Shown here one piece after another: positions 58,583 to 64,000 of a stretch of DNA of 64,000 bases. The stretch comes from an uncultured Candidatus Saccharibacteria bacterium. Lineage in GTDB: Bacteria > Patescibacteriota > Minisyncoccia > Phycocordibacterales > JACOZG01. The position numbers and the translations under genes were made by a program. The notes beneath the pieces are model-generated. The model saw only the letters and a program-made list of their open reading frames with translations. It had not been told where the DNA came from and did not search any database. The stretch lies in assembly GCA_964361825.1 (NCBI GenBank), contig CAYICB010000002.1, positions 5,845 to 69,844 on the forward strand. Reading direction: 5' to 3'. Numbering within the stretch: the stretch's first letter is position 1; the number at the start of each line of letters is the position of its first letter.

Positions 58583-59603
58583 TATCGGGATCGATCTCGG
58601 TACCGCCAACACCTTAATTTATCTTAAGGGTCACGGTATCGTGGTTAATGAGCCGTCAATTGTGGCTCTAAACCAGAAAACTGGCCAATTAGTTGCCATT
58701 GGCAATGATGCCAAACAAATGGTTGGTCGCACGCCGGGCCACATTGCGATTGCTCGCCCCTTAGTAGACGGGGTGATTTCTAATTTTGAAGTCACCGAAG
58801 AAATGTTGGCTTACTTTTTGCGCAAAGTGAATAAATTAGAAGCGCGCAAATTCTTGCGCCCGCGCGTGGTAATTGGTGTGCCATCGGGAATTACCAATGT
58901 AGAAATCCGCGCCGTGCGCGACGCCGCGCGATCAGCCGGCGCAGGGGAGATCCATATTATAGAAGAGCCCATGGCTGCAGCTATTGGTATCCGCCTACCA
59001 ATTACCGAGCCGGTGGGCACCATGGTGGTAGATATTGGCGGTGGCACCACCGATGTGGCCGTAATTTCTTTGGGCGGCGTGGTGCAATCGCGCAATGTGC
59101 GCATTGCTGGTGATAAATTAAATCAAGATATTATTGCTTATATTCGAGATGAGTTTAAAATTCTGTTGGGAGAAAAAACGGCCGAGGAGGTAAAAATTGC
59201 GATTGGTGCCGTAACACCTCAAAGCGAGCCTTTAGAGGCGGCCATTCGCGGACGCGATTTAGTAACCGGTTTGCCCAAAGAAGTGATTATTACGGATGCT
59301 GATATTAAAGAAGCAATTACTCCCGCCATCTCCCACTTGGTTGAGGCAATCAAAGAAGTCCTCGAAACCACCCCGCCAGAAGTGGTGGCCGATATTATGC
59401 ATAAAGGAATTGTGTTTGTGGGTGGCGGTTCTTTACTCCAAGGACTAACTGAATTAATGGAAACGGAGCTTAAGATTCCCGTTTTTATTGCTCCCGACCC
59501 CCTTACGGCAGTGGTCCGAGGCACCGGTTTAATTTTAGAAAATCTAATCAAATATAAAGATATTTTAATCACTGATGAACACCATTTACCCCCAGCCGAA
59601 TAA
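58548..59603 (+). CDS. mreB: rod shape-determining protein MreB, paralog 2
   Basis: GIDLGTANT, EEPMAAAIG; heads the mreC-PBP2 cluster. Confidence 0.95.
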   Translation: MLQKFYELFRNDIGIDLGTANTLIYLKGHGIVVNEPSIVALNQKTGQLVAIGNDAKQMVGRTPGHIAIARPLVDGVISNFEVTEEMLAYFLRKVNKLEARKFLRPRVVIGVPSGITNVEIRAVRDAARSAGAGEIHIIEEPMAAAIGIRLPITEPVGTMVVDIGGGTTDVAVISLGGVVQSRNVRIAGDKLNQDIIAYIRDEFKILLGEKTAEEVKIAIGAVTPQSEPLEAAIRGRDLVTGLPKEVIITDADIKEAITPAISHLVEAIKEVLETTPPEVVADIMHKGIVFVGGGSLLQGLTELMETELKIPVFIAPDPLTAVVRGTGLILENLIKYKDILITDEHHLPPAE

Positions 59604-60375
59604 ACGCCATTCAGCCCGTTTTTGGCCCAAAATTGGCTTAGGAGTTTTTCTGTGTTTTTTGATTTTGACCCCCTTTGGCCGCCGGTTTACCACCCAACTT
59701 TTTAATCCTCTATTAAAAACTAATTCTTTGGTGGGACAAAAAATTTCTAGCTTTTTAAATTATTTCGCTAGCAAAAAAACACTCTCTCAAGAAAATGTTC
59801 GACTCACGGTGGCTCTCAATCAAGCCCAAGCTCAAGCCGCCCTCTACCAAGCCCTAAAACAAGAAAACGAAACCCTAAGAGCCGTTTTAGGAAAAAAACC
59901 AGACACCGCTAACTTTGTTTTAGCCCAAGTTTTGCACCGACCCAATCAATCACCTTACGACACGCTAATTGTGGATCTCGGTCAAAATAATTCTACTCAA
60001 GCCATTCGGGCCGGCGCCTCCGTAACCATTGAGGGCGAGTGGTTAATTGGCGAGGTGGCCGCCGTCTACAGTGAGACTGCCAAGGTGGGCTTGTTTTCTG
60101 GTGCAAATCGCGAGCTCCCCGTAACCCTCGGCGAAAGTGGTATTACTGTTTTAGCCCAAGGGCGCGGTGGAGGAAACTTTTTAGTCGAACTGCCTCGTGG
60201 TGTGGTGGTTGAACCTGGTATGCTGGTTAAAACCGTGCGCAATCATAAAGTCTGGCCCATTGGTTTGGTGGCCCAAGTACGAGGCGATCCAAGCGACGCC
60301 TTCCAAACGGTCCTCTTCAAAAATCCGGTGAATGTGTATGAAATTGGTCGAGTCGAAATTGTGAGCGAATCATGA
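59575..60375 (+). CDS. mreC: rod shape-determining protein MreC
   Basis: TM, coiled coil EN..LR, beta domain; synteny. Confidence 0.85.
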   Translation: MNTIYPQPNKRHSARFWPKIGLGVFLCFLILTPFGRRFTTQLFNPLLKTNSLVGQKISSFLNYFASKKTLSQENVRLTVALNQAQAQAALYQALKQENETLRAVLGKKPDTANFVLAQVLHRPNQSPYDTLIVDLGQNNSTQAIRAGASVTIEGEWLIGEVAAVYSETAKVGLFSGANRELPVTLGESGITVLAQGRGGGNFLVELPRGVVVEPGMLVKTVRNHKVWPIGLVAQVRGDPSDAFQTVLFKNPVNVYEIGRVEIVSES

Positions 60376-60647
60376 GCACCAAAATTAATATCAATTGGTG
60401 GTTGGGACCAATCGTCTTTTTGAGCTTTCTTAGTCTGCCGTGGTTTTTGTCTTTGGCTTTAATTTTGGTCGGTGTTTTTGGTTTCAAAAATTTTTGGCTA
60501 GCCTTACCGCTCGCCATTATTGGTGATTTGGCTTATGGCCTTGAGGGTTATGGTTGGTGGGGTTTTGGCTTTTGGTTTTCTCTTCTGACTCTCCTTAGTT
60601 TGGTCGTAAAAAAAATAGCAAACAATCTCTTAATTTTTCGTTCATGA
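60372..60647 (+). CDS. small membrane protein in the mreD position
   Basis: 91 aa, hydrophobic, between mreC and PBP2. Confidence 0.6.
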   Translation: MSTKININWWLGPIVFLSFLSLPWFLSLALILVGVFGFKNFWLALPLAIIGDLAYGLEGYGWWGFGFWFSLLTLLSLVVKKIANNLLIFRS

Positions 60648-62320
60648 AAAAACCGCTTTTAGAACTTGATCCAGACGAAGTCTTTATTGATTCTAGTAAT
60701 TTACCTGATTTTAATACCGCCAAACTAGAGGGCCAAATTGAGCGACCTTTAAACAAAAGAATGCTTTATGTGGTGATTTTTTGCTTAATGGTTGTCACGC
60801 TGATTTATCTTGGTCGCACTTTTTACTTACAAATCAATCGTGGACCAGCTTTTGCCCTCCGGAGCGAGAGTAATACCCTGCGCGAGTTAACCATCTTTGC
60901 CGAGCGGGGAGTAATTTACGATCGTCAAGGTAAACAGCTGGCCTGGAACGACCCCGATCGAGTATATCGTTCAGGCGAAGCCCTCGCTCATGTGCTGGGT
61001 TATGTGAGCTACCCCAAAGCAGAAGAATTAAATGGGGACCGTGATCCAAAAGATCTCATCGGTCGCGCAGGGAGCGAAAAGCTGTTTGATCACTGGCTGG
61101 CCGGAACTCACGGCCATAAAATTGAAGAAGTGGATGTGCGCGGCAAAATTCATTCTGACTATCTCTATCAAGAACCAAAAAACGGCAATGACCTTACGCT
61201 CTCTATCGACACCGAGGTGCAAGAAAAACTCTTTGAGTTAATAAAGGTTACGGCGGAAGAACGCGGTTTCCGGGGCGGTTCTGGCGTAATCCTTGATTTG
61301 CAAACCGGCGAACTTTTGGCCCTCACCAGTTACCCTAGTTATGATCCTGAAGTAATGTCTTCAGGTAAAGAAGCAGAAAAAATTAAAGAATTTCTCACTA
61401 ACCCGCGCACGCCTTTTCTCAATCGCGCCACGGCCGGTCTTTATCCACCCGGCTCAACTATCAAACCCATGATGGCCATCGCGGCGCTTAATGAAAAAAT
61501 TATTGTTCCGGAAACCCAAATTTTAAGCACTGGCTCATTAGTAATTCCTAATCCTTATAATCCAGATCAACCCTCAGTTTTCCGCGATTGGAAGGCGCAC
61601 GGTTTAGTAAATATGTGGCGAGCGCTGGCCATTTCATCAGATGTTTATTTTTATGAAATCGGCGGTGGGTTCAAAGACCAGCTCGGTTTAGGCATCAAAA
61701 AAATTGATGAATACGCCAAACTCTTTGGCTTGGCCCAAACTACCGGTTTCCCTCTTGAGGGTGAGGATTTGGGCACCATCCCCACACCAGAATGGAAAGA
61801 AAAAGTTTTTGGTGAGCCGTGGCGTTTGGGCAATACCTATCACACCGCCATTGGCCAATACGGCTTTCAGGTTACACCGCTCCAAATTACCCGAGCGATC
61901 GGCGCGATTGCGCGCGGGGCTTTAATCACCCCCACCATAGTAGCGGCAAATCAGGCCACCGAGGCCGAGGTCACCCCCATCGATATTCCAGAAGCTTATT
62001 TTAAAATTGTTCGTGAGGGCATGAGGCTCGCCGTGACCGAAGGCACGGCCTCCGGTTTAAGTGTGCCTTATGTAAAAATTGCGGCCAAAACCGGCACCGC
62101 CGAAATTGGTTCAGAAAAAAAAGAAACTCATTCTTGGATCACCGGCTTTTTCCCTTACGAAACGCCTCGCTACGCCTTTACCATCACAATGGAACGCGGG
62201 CCTAGCACCAATTTGATCGGTGGCGTATTTATTATGCGCCAACTCTTCGACTGGCTCAAAACACATAAACCAGAATATCTTGGTTTGCCGCCAATTGACC
62301 CCGAAGAAGAAATTGAGTAG
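60644..62320 (+). CDS. mrdA: penicillin-binding protein 2
   Basis: RG.IYDR, PGSTIK (SxxK), SSD, KTGTA. Confidence 0.92.
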   Translation: MKKPLLELDPDEVFIDSSNLPDFNTAKLEGQIERPLNKRMLYVVIFCLMVVTLIYLGRTFYLQINRGPAFALRSESNTLRELTIFAERGVIYDRQGKQLAWNDPDRVYRSGEALAHVLGYVSYPKAEELNGDRDPKDLIGRAGSEKLFDHWLAGTHGHKIEEVDVRGKIHSDYLYQEPKNGNDLTLSIDTEVQEKLFELIKVTAEERGFRGGSGVILDLQTGELLALTSYPSYDPEVMSSGKEAEKIKEFLTNPRTPFLNRATAGLYPPGSTIKPMMAIAALNEKIIVPETQILSTGSLVIPNPYNPDQPSVFRDWKAHGLVNMWRALAISSDVYFYEIGGGFKDQLGLGIKKIDEYAKLFGLAQTTGFPLEGEDLGTIPTPEWKEKVFGEPWRLGNTYHTAIGQYGFQVTPLQITRAIGAIARGALITPTIVAANQATEAEVTPIDIPEAYFKIVREGMRLAVTEGTASGLSVPYVKIAAKTGTAEIGSEKKETHSWITGFFPYETPRYAFTITMERGPSTNLIGGVFIMRQLFDWLKTHKPEYLGLPPIDPEEEIE

Positions 62321-62330
62321 AATACCCCCG

Positions 62331-62795
62331 ATGAATAAAGACAAAGACTACTTAAGCCAGGGGAAATTTGAAGAATTAACCAAGGAGCTAGAAGAGCTCA
62401 AAACCACGAGGCGCAAGGCCGTGGCCGAGCGCCTCGAGTTTGCCAAGTCGATGGGGGATTTATCAGAAAATGCCGAGTATCACTCGGCCAGAGACGAGCA
62501 AGCGGATATTGAGGAACGGATTTCTCAATTAGAAATAGTGCTAAAATCAGCTACCATTCTTACCGAGCGCCACGGCTCGCAGGTGGAAGTGGGTTCTAAA
62601 CTGACGGTTAAACGCTCCGGCGGCAGTAATCAAGAATTTACTTTAGTGGGTTCGGAAGAAGCCGATATCAAAAAGGGGAAAATTTCTTATCAATCACCGC
62701 TCGGTGAAGCGCTTTTAGGTAAAAAAGCGGGGGAGACCGTCAAAGCCTCTACCCCAAACGGCGAAATAAGTTATACTATCTTGAGTATCAATTAA
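62331..62795 (+). CDS. greA: transcription elongation factor GreA
   Basis: GDLSENAEY, IS..SPLG.ALLGK. Confidence 0.96.
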   Translation: MNKDKDYLSQGKFEELTKELEELKTTRRKAVAERLEFAKSMGDLSENAEYHSARDEQADIEERISQLEIVLKSATILTERHGSQVEVGSKLTVKRSGGSNQEFTLVGSEEADIKKGKISYQSPLGEALLGKKAGETVKASTPNGEISYTILSIN

Positions 62796-62797
62796 AT

Positions 62798-64000
62798 ATG
62801 GCGTCTTTAGAAGAACTGCGAACAGCTCGACAAACTAAACTCGAGCGGCTTCGCACCTTGGGTAAAGAAACTTATCCGGCCAAAGTGGTCCGCGATTTTA
62901 CTCTTGGCGAAGTGGTCAAAAAATTCACCGAACTCGAGGGGAAATCCGTAAATTTAGTTGGGCGCGTAATGGCCTTGCGTGGGCAAGGTGGTTTAATTTT
63001 TATCGATTTCACTGATGGCACGGGGAGCCTGCAAGCGATGCTCAAAAGGGGCGAGACGCCTGACGCCGAGTTTGATCTCTTTGCCGAAACTGTGGATCTT
63101 GGCGACTTTGTTGCCCTTACGGGCGAACTCTTTACGGCCAAGCGCGGTGAGAAAACAATTTTGGTCAAGAGTTGGCAGATGGCGACCAAGGCGCTTTTGC
63201 CCTTGCCCGAGAAGTGGCACGGCTTACAAGACGCCGAGGAGCGCTATCGCTTGCGTTATCTCGACTTACTGATGAATCCAGAATTGCGCGCCACCTTCGA
63301 ACGCAAAGCCAAGTTTTGGGACACCGCGCGCGCTTATCTTAAAAACCGTGATTTCTTAGAAGTTGAGACACCAAGTCTCGAACTCACCACCGGCGGCGCC
63401 GAAGCACGACCGTTTAAAACGCATCATCATGACTTTGATCTCGATGTTTATTTAAGAATTTCGGTCGGCGAACTCTGGCAAAAACGCTTGATGGCCGCGG
63501 GGATCCCGCGCACCTTCGAGATCGGCCGCGTCTTCCGCAATGAGGGTACCAGTCCGGAGCATTTGCAAGAGTTCACCAATCTCGAATTTTACGCGGCGTA
63601 CCTGGATTTTACTGACGGGAAAAAGTTAATCCGCGATTTATATCTTACTTTGGCACAAGAAGTCTTCGGCAAAACCAAGTTTGAACACAAAGGTCACAAC
63701 TTCGACCTCGCGAGCGATTGGCCAGATCTCGACTATGTTTCCACCATCGAGCAAATGACGAGCATGAATGTGCTCACCAGTTCCGAAAATGATTTGATGA
63801 AAAAGTTGCAAGAGCTCGGCGTGGAATACACGGGCAAGACCCGCGAGCGTTTAGCCGACTCGCTCTGGAAGCATTGCCGTAAGCAAATTGCCGGACCAGC
63901 CTTTCTCGTCAATCATCCTAAATTTGTGGCGCCACTCTCGAAGGCGAAAGAAGATAATTCTGACCTCACCTACACCACGCAAATTATTATCGCCGGCACC
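62798..64000 (+). CDS. lysS: lysine--tRNA ligase class II (runs off the window end)
   Basis: manual reading: MASLEELR..., KWHGLQD.E.RYRLRYLDL, FLEVETP, GGAEARPF, GRVFRNEG. Confidence 0.93.
   Translation, partial: MASLEELRTARQTKLERLRTLGKETYPAKVVRDFTLGEVVKKFTELEGKSVNLVGRVMALRGQGGLIFIDFTDGTGSLQAMLKRGETPDAEFDLFAETVDLGDFVALTGELFTAKRGEKTILVKSWQMATKALLPLPEKWHGLQDAEERYRLRYLDLLMNPELRATFERKAKFWDTARAYLKNRDFLEVETPSLELTTGGAEARPFKTHHHDFDLDVYLRISVGELWQKRLMAAGIPRTFEIGRVFRNEGTSPEHLQEFTNLEFYAAYLDFTDGKKLIRDLYLTLAQEVFGKTKFEHKGHNFDLASDWPDLDYVSTIEQMTSMNVLTSSENDLMKKLQELGVEYTGKTRERLADSLWKHCRKQIAGPAFLVNHPKFVAPLSKAKEDNSDLTYTTQIIIAGT

Noticed and set aside
1-64000. Alternative genetic code (UGA = Gly), DGR/retron, tRNA or rRNA genes, intein in dnaE
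   Set aside because: TGA ends genes normally (for example smc 14405-14407); no reverse transcriptase ORF; no tRNA or rRNA recognised by eye; DnaE has ordinary length.

Overview
Core-chromosome segment of a reduced-genome bacterium. Gene content, shortened proteins and lineage-typical hypothetical genes point to Patescibacteria/CPR (Parcubacteria-like); genetic code 11. It carries housekeeping genes (ychF, dnaE, rnhB, rpmF, nusB, rnc, smc, leuS, mnmA, alaS, infA-rpmJ-rpsM-rpsK-rpsD-rpoA-rplQ-rplM-rpsI, grpE-dnaK-dnaJ, fmt-def-priA, murA, two mreB, frr, rseP, proS, mreC, PBP2, greA, partial lysS). Single accessory genes, three toxin loci and a WxL-like surface cluster are interspersed. Main unusual signals: (1) a REP-associated tyrosine transposase (RAYT) with a 23-bp perfect palindrome at its promoter, inside its own ORF and in front of a distant DNA-repair gene; (2) several families of short palindromic or tandem elements inserted in frame in housekeeping genes (dnaE, fmt, holB-like, rnhB, rseP, leuS, alaS, ychF); (3) a candidate ~150-nt structured ncRNA with its own promoter and terminator, and a convergent small RNA behind a solo MazF/PemK toxin; (4) leaderless-type starts on core genes versus strong Shine-Dalgarno starts on accessory genes. 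All calls are by eye; no database search was run.
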